Assembly (NCBI RefSeq): GCF_963921235.1
Contig: NC_086097.1
Location: 31,002,001 to 31,066,000, forward strand
DNA: 64,000 nt
Direction of reading: 5' to 3'
DNA from: Mobula hypostoma
Lineage: Eukaryota
Shown here: in pieces, positions 24,321 to 36,808 of the stretch
Position numbering within the stretch: the stretch's first letter is position 1
Layout of the letters: the number at the start of each line of letters is the position of its first letter
Notes under the pieces: generated by a model
Told to the model about the DNA's origin: nothing
The model's database searches: none
Seen by the model: only the letters and a program-made list of their open reading frames with translations
Made by a program: the position numbers and the translations under genes

Positions 24321-24589
24321 TTTTCAGCTGAGAGTGGTTGACCTGCACCTTCCTGAACCGAAGTGGGCCAAAGGGCCTGTACTGTGCTGTATTGTTCTAT
24401 ATTCCAATATTCAATGAGCAGCTTCTCTTGCTGACCTTTCAGCATTCCATCCTCTCATTCTCCTGCCCCTCCCTCCCATCTCACACAACTAATCCTTTGT
24501 AAATAGGTGGAGATGAGGTACTATGTAAGACCAGGGAGCTGACCGTGTACTGTGGACTGATGCCACAGTGCAGTACTGAGGAAGTGTTA

Positions 24590-25064
24590 AGGCTGATTTA
24601 TACCTCTGTGTCGCAGAGCCTACGTTGATCTCTACACCGTAGCATGACGCGCACCTCTCTCAAAATGTAACTACGCGTTACGGCAACGCAGACCAAACAA
24701 GTGTGATTGGTCTGCTTGGTAGCATCGCATTTCCTCCTACGCTGCAATAGTTTCCCATTGGCCGACTGAAGGGCAGGGAAGGAACTCTCGCTGCAATGCT
24801 TTCCATAAAGCTTTACAGACCTCCGAAATTATGGAGGACACATTTCGCTTTTACGAAAAAAGATGCTCCCTTTAAACTTGTTTACCCCGAGAAAGACTAC
24901 CATGACCATGAAGCCTTGCACGGGTAGGTGTGTGTGCATGTGTGATGTGCCTGAATCGCAGAGCGGTGCAGACACACCAACGCACAAGTATAAATGCTCA
25001 CAACGCGCGTAGGCCACTTGCGTAGTTTACAGCGTCAAGTTGACGCAGATGTGTAAGTCAGCCT
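24590..25064. mobile_element. PIF/Harbinger-type MITE, 475 bp
   Basis: TIRs AGGCTGATTTATACCTCTGTGTC / GACGCAGATGTGTAAGTCAGCCT; TTA TSD at 24587-24589 and 25065-25067. Confidence 0.88.
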
Positions 25065-25109
25065 TTACACAGAGAAGCACTGGGTAACAGATTTTTAAAC
25101 CAGTTTACA

Positions 25110-25405
25110 ATGATTAGCTTTATTTCTCTCATGTACATCGAACATACAGTGAAATGCATAGTTTGCATCAAAGAGCAACACAGACTGAGGATGCCTTGGA
25201 GGCAGCCTGTAAATGTTGCCATGTTTCTGATATCAAACATAGCGTGACTACAACTTACTAACCAGTACGTCTTTGGAATGCAGGAGGGCAGCAGAGCACC
25301 CGGAGAAAACTCACGCTGTACAAAGTCCTTACAGACAGTGCCGGGAATTGAACACGGGTTGCTGGTGCTGTAAAGTGTTACGTTAACCTCTATCCCACCA
25401 TGTCA
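25110..25405 (-). mobile_element. V-SINE (tRNA-derived), near full length
   Basis: Antisense B-box GGGAATTGAAC, V-domain GAGCACCCGGAG, tail GATTAGCTTTATT. Confidence 0.8.
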
Positions 25406-25879
25406 CCCACATAACAGATACATTTCCATTTAGCATGCTCTCCTCTATCATAAGGTATTTCAGAGTCATAATTGTGTTAGATAGCTTAATGTTTCTCCCA
25501 ATTAAAGGAGCCTCATAAGTAAGAGGTGGTGTAGCTATTGTTATTAACCTTATGCACCCAGAGCAGGTATAAAGAATTAAGGTATAATTCATTGATTAAT
25601 ATCAGCAATTAAAGCTGCATGAATTCTCATGAAGTGATCCAAACAGCAACTGCAGAATTGGACTCGGGGCGTTTAAATAACCATTACTTCCTTCATGGAG
25701 AATTAGGAGTGGAAAATTGGGCAGCATTGGGATTGGTCCCCTGAGAGCAATTGAAGAATTGAGATGTTAATTGGGTCTGCTTTCCCGCGTGAAGCAGTGG
25801 TTTGTCACACTCAAGTATTTAGAACAGTTGCAGAATATATTCCCCCAGCTTTAGATGCCAGATATGATTTATGCATATC

Positions 25880-26345
25880 AAGGTTGTTAGGCATGAACTT
25901 CGATTCCTCTACTTTCTGGTAATTTCTCCCCCCTCCGCCTTCTCTCTTCTTCTATTCCCTATTCTGGTTAACATCCCCTGCACATCTCCTCCCTCTGGTT
26001 TCCCTCCTCCTTCCCTTTCTTCCATGGTCCACTATCATCTCCTATTAGATTCATTTCCCCTCCACCTTTACCTCTTACTCCTATCAGCTCCTGGCTTCTT
26101 ACTTCATCCCCCCCCACCTCCGCCTTTTCCCATCACCTGGTCTCACATACCACTTGCCAGCTTGTATTCCTTCAACTCCCTCCACCTTCTTATTCTGGCT
26201 TCTTCCAGTCCTGATGAAGGATCTTGGATCGAAATGTTAACTGTTTACTCCTCTCCATAGATGCTGCTGGAACTGCTGTGTTCCCCCAGCATTTTATCTA
26301 TGTTGTTCTGGATTACCAGCATCTGCAGAATCTCATGTATTTACA
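25880..26345 (+). mobile_element. PLE 3' end with hammerhead motif
   Basis: Begins with the GIY-YIG terminal remnant GGCATGAAC (GMN), then a pyrimidine tract, the hammerhead and the common tail. Confidence 0.8.
26206..26243 (+). ncRNA. Minimal hammerhead motif with both catalytic boxes intact
   Basis: CAGTC-CTGATGA-AGGATCTTGGATC-GAAA-T-GTT-AACTG; stems carry mismatches. Confidence 0.7.
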
Positions 26346-26514
26346 AGTTATTCTACTGTCTCTTGATATCAGCAACAAGCACTGATACTTCAGCTGTACT
26401 GTGTGGGCTATAGATTGAATAGTGGGTACGGCTAACTCTGCAGTGACCCATCACCCACTCCCAGGGCCAGTACATTATACGTTTGTGAAAACTGCCTGGG
26501 GAAATGAGAAAATC

Positions 26515-27205
26515 AGGAAGTACAGATCCATAATTCTTTAAAAGTGGTGTCAAGATAGGGTTGTAAAGTGAGCTTTATGACCCTATCTTGGTACATTGAG
26601 CTTTATAAATCAGACTACTGAGTACAGGAGTTGCGACGTTATGTTGAAGTTGTGTAAGACCTAATTTGGAATATTGTGTGCAGTTCTGGTCACCTATCTA
26701 CAGGAAAGATGTCACTAAGAGTACAGAGAAAATTTACAAGGATGTGGCCGCGACATGAGGACCTGTCCTATAGGGCAAGGTTTTAATAGGTTAGGACTTT
26801 ACTCCCTGGAGCATAGGAGAATGAAGGAAGATTTGATAGAGGCATATAAAATTATGAGGGGTATAGACAGAGTAAATGCAAGGGTGTTTTTTCCACTGAG
26901 GTTGGGATGGGTGAGTCTAGAATTAGATGTCATGGCTTAAGAGTGAAAGGTGAAATATTTGAGGGGATCATGAGGGGGTGCTTCTTCAGTCAGTCTGGTG
27001 TGAGTAAGGAATGAGCTGTCAGCAAAAGTGGTGGATGCAAGTTTGATATCAACCTTTAAGAGAAATTTGGATAGGCACGTGGATGGGAGGGGTATGGAGG
27101 ACTATGGTCCAGGTGCAGGTTAACAGGACTAGGCAGAATATTAGTTCAGCTTGGACTCAATGGGCCGAAGAGCCTGTTTCTGTGCTGTCGTGCTCCATGG
27201 CTCTA
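26515..27205 (+). mobile_element. CR1 3' fragment
   Basis: LGLYSLEHRRMKEDLIEAYKIMRGIDRV plus a CR1-type 3' UTR. Confidence 0.82.
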
Positions 27206-28959
27206 GGTAACCTGCTTTATTACTGTCACATGTACTGTGGTACAGAGAAAATCTTTGTTTTACATGCCCTCAGTGCACTGTTGTAATGAATTTATTTGTA
27301 CGAACAAGATGCAAGGCAAGCTTTTCACTGTACCTCAGTACATGTGACAATAATAAACCAATTTAACAGTGTACTTATGATCTGAAATGTTTATAGAGCA
27401 AGTATATGTAGGGTTAAGAGATCAGCAGTGATGGATGGCAAGAGATTATTCACAAGTCTAGAAAAGAAAGCAACGAGGACAGTCTTTCACATCAAATCAA
27501 AGGCATACAGTTCAGAGTGGCATGTAACATAATTTATTGCACGTGGGTGTCGGGGCAGCAGAGCCAAATGACCCATTGCATTGCTTAACACCTTCCCGTG
27601 AAACCGTAAACACAAACACTTAGCTCAGAACTTCCAAGAATTAAAGGACATTGAAAATATCAAGTGACAAATAACCAACAATAGGGAAAGGAGGCAGATA
27701 GTGCTTGCTTATAATAACAGATGATATTCCAGGAGCACAAACCAACCCCGTGGCCAAGGAGCTAGGTCTGTGTTTATCCAATTGCGTTTATGAGATGGGC
27801 TCATGGTTTGCCCAACTTATTTCATATTAGTACAGAATCAGGCCATTAGGCCCATCAAATCTACCCCAACATTCCATCATGGCTGATTTTTCCCCCCTCA
27901 ACCCATTCTCCAGCTCTCTCTCTGTAACCTTTATCACGCTTACTAATCAAGAATCTATCAAACTCTGCTTTAAATACACCCAGTGACTTGGCCTCCACAG
28001 CCGTCTTTGGCAATGAATTCCACAGATTCACCACCCCCAGCTAAAGAAATTCTCCCTCATCTTTGTTCAAAGGTCAAAGTAAATTTATTATCAAAGTACA
28101 TATATGTCACCATATACAACCCAGAGGTTCATTTGCTGGTAAGCATTCACAGTAAATACAAGAAACACAATACAGTACACCTAATGCCCCAAGCACATCT
28201 TCAGACAGTGTTGGTCATTGACGCAAATGATGCATTTCACTATTTTCTGATGTACATGTGCCAAATATAACTAAACTTTATTTTAATCTTCTCTACCCTG
28301 TCCAATGCAATCACTTCTTTCCCGCAGTCTGGTGACCAGAACTGTACTCAGGATTAAAGTCAAGTTCATTGTCATTTGCACAAGTCCATGTATGTTCAGA
28401 TGCAGAGAAACATGCAGTTATGCAGCATCGTAGACACATTGCATATTAGCAGCAAGAAAACAATAAATTAAACAAACAAAAGTTAAAAGATAAATTTATA
28501 CACAATTTTTACAAGAAAAAAAAGTGGAACCAAAAAAAGGTCCATTTTAGTGCAAAGTGGACATAGTGTTGCCAAACTATATTGATCAGGGTTGTGCTAG
28601 TTGGTTCAAGAACTGAACGGTTGAAAGCAAGTACCTAGTCTTGCATCTGATGGTGTGGGACTTCAGATTTCTGCGTCTCCTTCCCGATGGAAGCTGCATG
28701 GAAGTGGCATGACCTGGATGGTGGGGATCTCTGCTGACGGATATTGCCCTCTTGAGCCAGCATCTCCTGCAGATACTACCAGTGGTGGGGAGGGTTGTGT
28801 CCGTGATATACAGAGCAGAATCCTGAATATTCAAGCTATGGTGCGGCCTAGCAACTGTTCTAAGATAGTGTCCTTGCTCTCATATTCAATAAGCACCCAA
28901 TATGCCCTTTTAAACATTTTATTTGAAAAACAGTGGTTCTAAAATCACATGAAAAATCA

Positions 28960-29890
28960 AAGCAAGTCAATTGCACCCTTCTATACATTCACAAATGACA
29001 TAATTGTTGCTAGAATGTCAGATGGCAATGAGGAGGCACACAGGAGAGAGATAGATGAACTGGTTGAGTGGTTTCACACCAGCAACCTTACACACGACAT
29101 AGGCAAGATCAAGGAATTCATTTTGGGCTTCAGGAAGGGGAAGTCGGGGTAACCCACACCAGCAATCATTGAGGGTTCCGTGGTGGAAAGGGTGAATAGC
29201 CTGAAGTTCTAGGGTGTCATAATCTTAGACCCAACACACTGATGCAATCATGAAAGAAGAAACACCAGCAGCTCTACCTCATTAGGAGTTTGAGGAGAGT
29301 TGGTATGTCTCCAAAGAGTCTTCCAAACTTCTGTGTAGAGTCTGACTGGTGGCCTTGATGTGGTCTTTCATTTATTCTATTACAGTTATTGGATTTATTG
29401 AGTAGTGAATCTCGGGGTTGTATATGGTGACATATATGTACTTTTAATAAATTTACTTTGACCTTTGGCCCCATTACAGGTTTCAATGCACAGGATTGTA
29501 AGAGACTGCAGAAGGTTGTAGACTAGCCAGCTCCATCACAGCACAACCCTCTCCACCATCAAGGATATCTTCAAGATATGCTGCCTGAAGAAGAAGGCGC
29601 CCACCACAAAAGGACCCTTGCCATCAGGGAACTGCCCTCTTCTCATTACAACCATCAATGAAGAGATACAGGAGCCTGAAAACCCACAGTCAGTGATTCA
29701 GGAACAGTGTTTCATTCACCACAGATTTCTGAATGGTCCATGAAAGCATGGACACCATCTCGTTATTCCTTTTCTTTACACCTTTTTTTAAATTTTGTGA
29801 TTTATAGTCACTTTATGTCATTGCACTGTGTTGCTACCATAAATCAGGAAATTTCATGTTACCTAAGTGAAAATGAATCTGATTCTGAAA
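28960..29890 (+). mobile_element. Decayed Rex1/Babar fragment(s)
   Basis: YTFTNDIIVARMSDGNEEAHRREIDELVEWF; TGAATCTGATTCTGA tail. Confidence 0.75.
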
Positions 29891-30065
29891 TGCTCTGCTA
29901 TTCAATAAAATTACAGTCTACTCTTTACATCAGCACTACTTCACAGCATGAACCCATTAACATATTGATCTCTGTTATCAATATACTCAGTGACTGAGAC
30001 TCCTCAGCCTCTTTCGTCATTTTCTGGGATAGTCTCCAGGTGAAGAAATTTCTCCACATCTCTCA

Positions 30066-31188
30066 CTTTGGAATATTGTGAGCAATTTTGGACCCTATAT
30101 CTGAGAAAGGATGTGCTGGCATTGGATAGGGTACAAAGCAGGTTTACCAGAATGATCTCAGGAATGAAAGGGTTAATGCCTGAGAAGCATTTGATGGTTC
30201 TGGGCCTATACTCGCTGGAGTTTAGAAGAATGAGGGTGAATCTCATTGAGGGATAGAGTTTAAGAGTCACGAGGTAATGATGCAGCTCTATAAAACTCTG
30301 GTTAGGCCACACTTGGAGTACTGTGTCCAGTTCTGGTCGCCTCACTATAGGAAGGATGTGGAAGCATTGGAAAGGGTACAGAGGAGATTTACCAGGATGC
30401 TGCCTGATTTAGAGAGAATGGATTATGATCAGAGATTAAGGGGGCTAGGGCTTTACTCTTTGGAGAGAAGGAGGATGAGAGGAGACATGATAGAGGTGTA
30501 CAAGATATTAAGAGGAATAGATAGAGTGGATAGCCAGACCCTCTTCCCCAGGGCATCACTGCTCAATACAAGAGGACATGGCTTTAAGGTAAGGGGTGGG
30601 AAGTTCAAGGGGGATATTAGAGGAAGGTTTTTTACTCAGAGAGTGGTTGGTGTATGGAATGCACTGCCTGAGTCAGTGGTGGAGGCAGACACACTAGTGA
30701 AGTTTAAGAGACTACTAGACAGGTATATGGAGGAATTTAAGGTGGGGGGTTATATGGGAGGCAGGGTTTGAGGGTCGGCACAACATTGTGGGCTGAAAGG
30801 CCTGTAATGTGCTGTACTATTCTATGTTCTATGAAACCTACTGAGTACTGAAAGGTCTAGACAGAGTAGACATAGAGAAGATGTTTCCAGTAGTGGGGGA
30901 GTTTAGGACCACAGGGCACAGCTTCAGAATAGAAGGATCTCCCTATAGAGATGAAGAGGGATTTCTTTAGCCAGAGGGTGGTGAATCTGTGGAATTCATT
31001 ACCACAGACACCTCTGGAGGCCTAGTCATTGGGTATATTTACAGCGGAGATTGATAGGTTCTTGATTAGTAACAGTATCAAAGTTTACAGAGAGAAGGCA
31101 GGAGATGGGTTGAGAAGGAAAATAAATAAGCATGATCAATTTGATGGGCCAAATGGCTTAATTCTGCCCCTATATCTTATGGTCTTAT
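30066..31188 (+). mobile_element. Older CR1 3' fragment, host of a nested younger CR1
   Basis: EYCEQFWTLYLRKDVLALDRVQSRF; sequence AATCTCATTGA|AACCTA is split by the insert. Confidence 0.85.
30250..30831 (+). mobile_element. Young 5'-truncated CR1 with an uninterrupted ORF2 C-terminal frame (to stop at 30771)
   Basis: GIEFKSHEVMMQLYKTLVRPHLEYCVQFWSPHYRKD...FFTQRVVGVWNALP with no stops; (TTCTATG)n tail; TGA at both junctions. Confidence 0.92.
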
Positions 31189-32564
31189 TTTGAGATTATA
31201 AATCGTATTTCAAGATGCCCCAGCTGGGAAAATCATCAACATCTCAAAGCCTGTAAGAATTTTGAACGTTTCAATGAAATAGCCCTTTATTTTCCTACAG
31301 TCTCAAGAGTACAAGACCTGTCTGCTTTAATATCTCTGCAATGGATGAATACTTCATCTCTGGAGTCAATCTGATGAACCTTCGTCACATTGTTTCTCTC
31401 GTAACTTTACCCTTCCTTAGGTAGGGAGACGAGACAAGGATGAATATTCCAGGTGTTGCCTCAGCAGGGTCCTGCAGTAGAAGGATTATATTCCCCTGTT
31501 CACCTCTGATAATAAAGACCAACATAGTGATTGCCTCCCTAATTGCTTCCTGTACCTGCACGATAGTCTTCAATGACTTATGATCAGAGACCTCTGGGTC
31601 CCTTTGATCAACAACATATATTAAACCTTACATCTTTTTAAAAAAAAATTCTACTGTTTTTTCCTACCTAACATAAATGACATCACATTTTTCTAGTAAT
31701 ATTGTGCTTGCAGGAACCTCATGTAGGTCACATTAAATGCAAAGTAATTGGGGTCCACGTTGATAGATCCCTCAAAGTTGCCACATAATTTGAAAGGGTG
31801 CTTAAGAAGGCGTTCTGTGTGTTGGTCTTCATTAGCCAAGGGATTGAGTTCAAGAGCTGTGAGGTAATGTTGCAGCTCTATAAACCCCTGGTTATTCTGC
31901 ATTTGGAGTATTGAGTTCAAACATGATCCCTTCATTATAGCTCGAAGTCAGGGTAGTCACGGCTGACAAAGCCAAGTGATTTAAGATTGGAAACAATTAA
32001 GAGTTCAGAATCAGAATAAAAAAGAAGAGCACTTAGAAACCTTGAAGGAGGTGACAGGGATAAGGAAGAACTTGATGAATGCTCAGCAATGATCACTAAC
32101 TTCAAAAGTATCTTCAGCAATTATACTACTACACAGGAGAGCAATGAGGGTGAGGGAGAAGACTCCAGAATAAAGGGAAAAGGTGACAAAGCTCTTGGCA
32201 ACTGTAAACGTTTTGTTAGGAAGTTTAAAATTGAAACCTTCCCTTCAAAACCTTAAGAAACCGCACACTCCAAACAATAGCCCTTGGACAGCAGCCGTAT
32301 AGATCACTGCATCACATTTACTCCTTCCATTATACTTCAGCTAATGGGCACTTTGTCAGAGGATTATGCACACAGACAAATAACAGGAAATATTTCAGGC
32401 TACTATTGTAAGCAGTTCTACAGATTCTGACTTCTTGATCACTTGACACTGCAGCCTTGGCTGTGAGGAGACAGCGGTAATAAAACAACTTCATGAATTA
32501 GTCAACATCAACCAACCATCCACAGTCAAGGAGCCTTAGGCAACCACTGTCAAGGATCATTGGG

Positions 32565-32870
32565 AAATAAATTGGTGAATACGCTACTATGACAGTTAGC
32601 ACAACGCTTTACAGTGCCAGCTGTGACATCAGGATTCAATTCCCGCCGCTGTCTGTAAGAGGTTTGCATAGTGCCCCCGTGACTGCGTGGGTCTGGGTTA
32701 TGGTTAGAAAGTTGAGGGCATACTATATCGGCGCTGGAAATGTGGTGATACTTGTGGGGTATCCCCAGCACATCCTTGAACTGTGTTGGCTGTTAACGCA
32801 AAATGATGCATTTCACGGTATGATTTGATGTCCATGTGACAATAAAGCTAATCTAAATCTAATCTAATCT
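32565..32870 (+). mobile_element. V-SINE family copy with internal deletion and (AATCT)n tail
   Basis: B-box-like GGATTCAATTCC; body shared with 52424-52755. Confidence 0.8.
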
Positions 32871-33809
32871 AGCCACAGTGAAGAGCCTTAGACAACCACT
32901 GTCAAGGATCATTGGTGAACAAAGGCTACTCAAGCAAGTTCCATGACTTTCCTGGGCCCAGGGAACATCACTCAAGGACAGACATGGTATACCATTGATA
33001 TTTCTGCAACCAGCTGAAATCAAATAAATGTTTTTGGGCCAGACTGTCCTTTTTGGATCTTAGCAACATCTTCATCCCCCAACATCTGACTCTTTCCTCA
33101 TTGTCCTTTCATTTTACCAAATAGCTATCCAGCAGTAATGCTTAAGGAATCCACTAAATGGGAACAAGGGAAAACCGCCAAGGTGTTCTTCACATATGTG
33201 AAGGAAGGTAGTGTGAGAGCAGGACTGATCAGGGATAGAAGAGGAAACATGTGCCTGGGGTCCAAGGAGGAAGGGGAGTCCTTAATGAATACTTTGCTTC
33301 AGTATTCACCAGTGTGAGAGACCTCAGCATTTGTGGGGACAGCATAAAAAATGGGCTAATATGCTAGAACATGTCAATGTTAAGAAAGAGGATGTACCAG
33401 AACTTCTGGAAGAAGTTAGGATAGATAAGTCCCTGTGGCTGGTTGGGTATACTCTAGGTTACTATGGGAAGCGAGGGAAGAGATTATTGCGCCTTTGGCT
33501 ATGATCGTTGTGTCACTGACCTCTAGGCAGAACAGGCTCCATTACAACTACCCTTCTTTGGGGAAGCCAGTTCTGAATCCACACAGCCAAGTTTCCCTGG
33601 ATCCCATGCCTCCTGACTTTCTAAATGAGCCTACGAGGGGGAACATTATCAAACACCTTACTAAAATCCATATACACCACACATTCAATTCTGCTTCCCA
33701 CTTCAGCATTTGCCTGCCTGTAACAAGGCTGTGTTCTTCTCTGCAGTCCCAGAGCTGGGGGCAGTACTCACAGCTGACTTAAACCAGTACTCTGTGGTTA
33801 AGTTAAACT

Positions 33810-34325
33810 ATTATTTCTGACTGGTTGCATTGTGGTCTAGCACGGGAATTCGAATGCACAGGAACCTAAGAAGCTGCAGAGAGCAGCGGACTCTGCCCGA
33901 TACATCAGGGGCACATCCCTCCCCACCACTGTTAACACCTACAGGAGATGCTGCCTTAAGAAGGCAACATCTCCATCAAAGACCTCCACCATCAGAGGCA
34001 TGCTATCCTTTTGCAGCTACCATGAGGCAGGAGGAATAGAAACCAGAAGTCCCACACCACCAAATACAAGAACAGCTACTTTCCTTCAACTATTTGGTTC
34101 TTGGAACAACCGACACAGCTCTTATCAGTACTTCAGTATAGCAGCACAATGATCACTTTGCACTAAAATGGACCGTTTGTTTTTTAAAAGTTGTCTGTAA
34201 TTTATGCTTTTATTGTGAATGCTGCTATGTGCCTGTAATGCTGCTGCAAGTTTAAGTTTTTCATTGCACCAGTGCAGACGTGTACATGTGCCTACGACAA
34301 TAAACACAACCTTAACTTTTCACTT
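33810..34325 (+). mobile_element. Rex1/Babar-type 3' fragment
   Basis: Similar to 9415-9720; AATAAAC...AACTTT tail. Confidence 0.65.
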
Positions 34326-35004
34326 TAATATCTATTCTTTCTTTTACAGTGGAAAAGTAGTTTCTTAACAGTTCTTTACTACCTCTGACCTTTCTGCATT
34401 GCCTTCTGTAATTTTCCTGACCTCCCTATGGGCCCACATTTATCTTAACAAGATCTTTCTTTAATAGTTGCATAAGTTTTGTTTCTCCTTGCTAGTTTGT
34501 TTTCATTTTCTATCCTCCCCCTCTTTGGCAATAATAGTCATCACTGTTTCCAAAAGCTCTCCCAATCCACAGGCTCACTGCTCATCTTGGCAGCATTGGA
34601 AGACTTTCTTTTGATCTAATCCTATTCTTAACTTCCTCAGTTTGCCATGGATGGATCACTTTTCTTGTGGGTTTTTTAATTTCTCAGTGGAATGTACATT
34701 TGTTGAGACTGTTATTTTATATCTACTGGGAAACCTTTTAATCCAATTTATTGACCTAATTCTTCCCTGACACTCATATAACTGCCATCATTTAAGCTTA
34801 AGATTTCAGGAACAGGCTGCAATGAACTGAGTGTTTAAGTCTGACCCTGAATATCTAATCATCTCTCTCTTTAGTTCCCCATCCCACTCAGATCTCACTG
34901 TTCTAACCTTGCTTTCTCTTCTAAGGAACAGCAGCTTGTGCTTGGCCACTGGCACTAACGGTGCACATTAATTAGTGACCACGTGAACTGTGGACAATTT
35001 CCAT

Positions 35005-35900
35005 AAACCATAAGGCTTAGAAGAATTAGACTATTGGGCTCATCAAATCTACTCTGCCATTCAATCATGGCTGGTTTATTATCCCTCTCAATCCCATTCT
35101 CCTGCTTTTTGTCCATAACCTTTGATGCCCTTACTAATCAAGAACCTATCAGCCTCCACTTAAAATATACCCAGTGTCTTGGCTTCCACAGATTCACCTC
35201 TCTTTGGCTAAAGAAATTCCTCCTCATCCCTGTTGTAAAGGGAGGTGCTTCTATTTTGAGATTGTACTTTCTGGTCCTAGACTCCCCCACTTTAGGAAAC
35301 ATCCTCTGCATGTACACTATACCTATGCCTTTAAATATTCAGTAGATTTTAATGAGATTCCCACCTCTCATTCTTCTAAACTCTTGCGAGTACAGACCTA
35401 GAGTCGTTAAATACTCAAACCTTTTCATTCCTGGGATCATTCACGTGAACCTCCTCTGGACCCTCTCCAATGACAGCACATCTGTTCTTAGATCAGGGAC
35501 CCAAAACCTCTTACAATATTCTATATGTGGTCTGACCAAAGCCTTATAAAGACTCAGCATTCCATCCTTGCTTTTACATCCCGGTCCTCTGGAAATAAAT
35601 GCTAACATTGTATTTTCCTTTCTTACCACTAACTCAACTTGCAAGCTACACTTCAGGGAATCCTGCATCAGGACTCCCAAAACCCTTTGCATCTCAGATT
35701 TCTGAATTTTCTCCCCAAGTATGCCTTCATTCCTTCTACCAAAGTGCATGACCATACGCCATCTGAAACTGTATTCCATCTGCCACATCTTTGCTCATAC
35801 TCCTAATCTGTCTAAGTTCTTCTGGAGACTACCTGCTTCCTCACCCTGACCTGCCTCTCCACCTATTTTTGTATCATCTGCGGACCTCGCCACAAAGTCA
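35005..35900 (-). mobile_element. CR1 3' fragment
   Basis: Minus ORF WQMEYS...LYKALVRPHIEYC...LERVQRRF. Confidence 0.85.
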
Positions 35901-36349
35901 ATTTTCCGGATAATGCAAATTCTAACATCTTCTTATCTGACAGATTTCCAGAATCTGCAATCTGAACCATCCTCAAAATTGTCTTTTCTAATCTGTCAAA
36001 AACTTCACCTGTTTCCCGTAGAGCCCGGTGTTCAGGATTGGTTGCAATACTCTAGCTGCAGCTGAACTTGTGTTTTTTAAGGGTCAGAACATTTCTGGCA
36101 TTATATTTTAACTTACACAATGCCTCCACAGTATTTATAAAGCTCTATTAACTGTGTTAAGTGATAAAACGGATGCAGGAAGTCTGAGCTGAGACCAGAG
36201 AATGCTGGAATGCTGAGGGGGCCTGACAGGAGCAATATTACTGCTGCCCGATCTGATGAATACTTTCAGCCTTTGCTACTTTTAATTTGTTTTAATAATA
36301 ACTTGGCTACCTTCAAAATTTGTGGTCTTGCACCCTTGGGGCTACTTTA

Positions 36350-36808
36350 TAGAATATAGAACATAGAACAGTACAGCACAGTACAGTACAAGATGTTGTG
36401 CCAAGCCTTTAGCCTAGTCTTCCATACGCCCCCACATAGCCCTCCATTTCTGTGTCATCTGTATGCCTGTCTAAGTGTCTCTGAAATGTCCCTAATCTGT
36501 CTGCCTCTATCACCACCCCTGGCAGGGCAATCCACACACTCACCACTCTCTGTGTAAAAAAACCTACCTCTGACATCCCCCTTATATTTTCCTCCAAGCA
36601 TCTTAAAATTGTGCCCCCTTATATTACCCGCTTCTGCCCTGGGAAAAAGTCTCTGGCTCTCCACTTGATCTATGCCTCTTATCATCTTGTACACCTCAAT
36701 CAAGTCACCTCTCATCCTCCTTCACTCCAAAGAGAAAAGCCCTAGCTTGCTCAACCTACCTTCAGAAGACATGCCCTCCAGTCCAGGCAAGGTCCTAGTA
36801 AATCTCCT
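36350..36808 (-). mobile_element. CR1 3' fragment
   Basis: MRGDLIEVYKMIRGIDQV...RGHNFKMLGG; antisense (TTCTATG)n tail. Confidence 0.85.

Noticed and set aside
30277..30771. Functional 164-aa CDS
   Set aside because: It is the C-terminus of CR1 ORF2 in a 5'-truncated insertion lacking the RT core and a promoter.
31941..32210. Purine-rich, coding-looking stretch after an AG
   Set aside because: All three plus-strand frames stop within ~40 bp of the AG, and the minus ORF is low-complexity.
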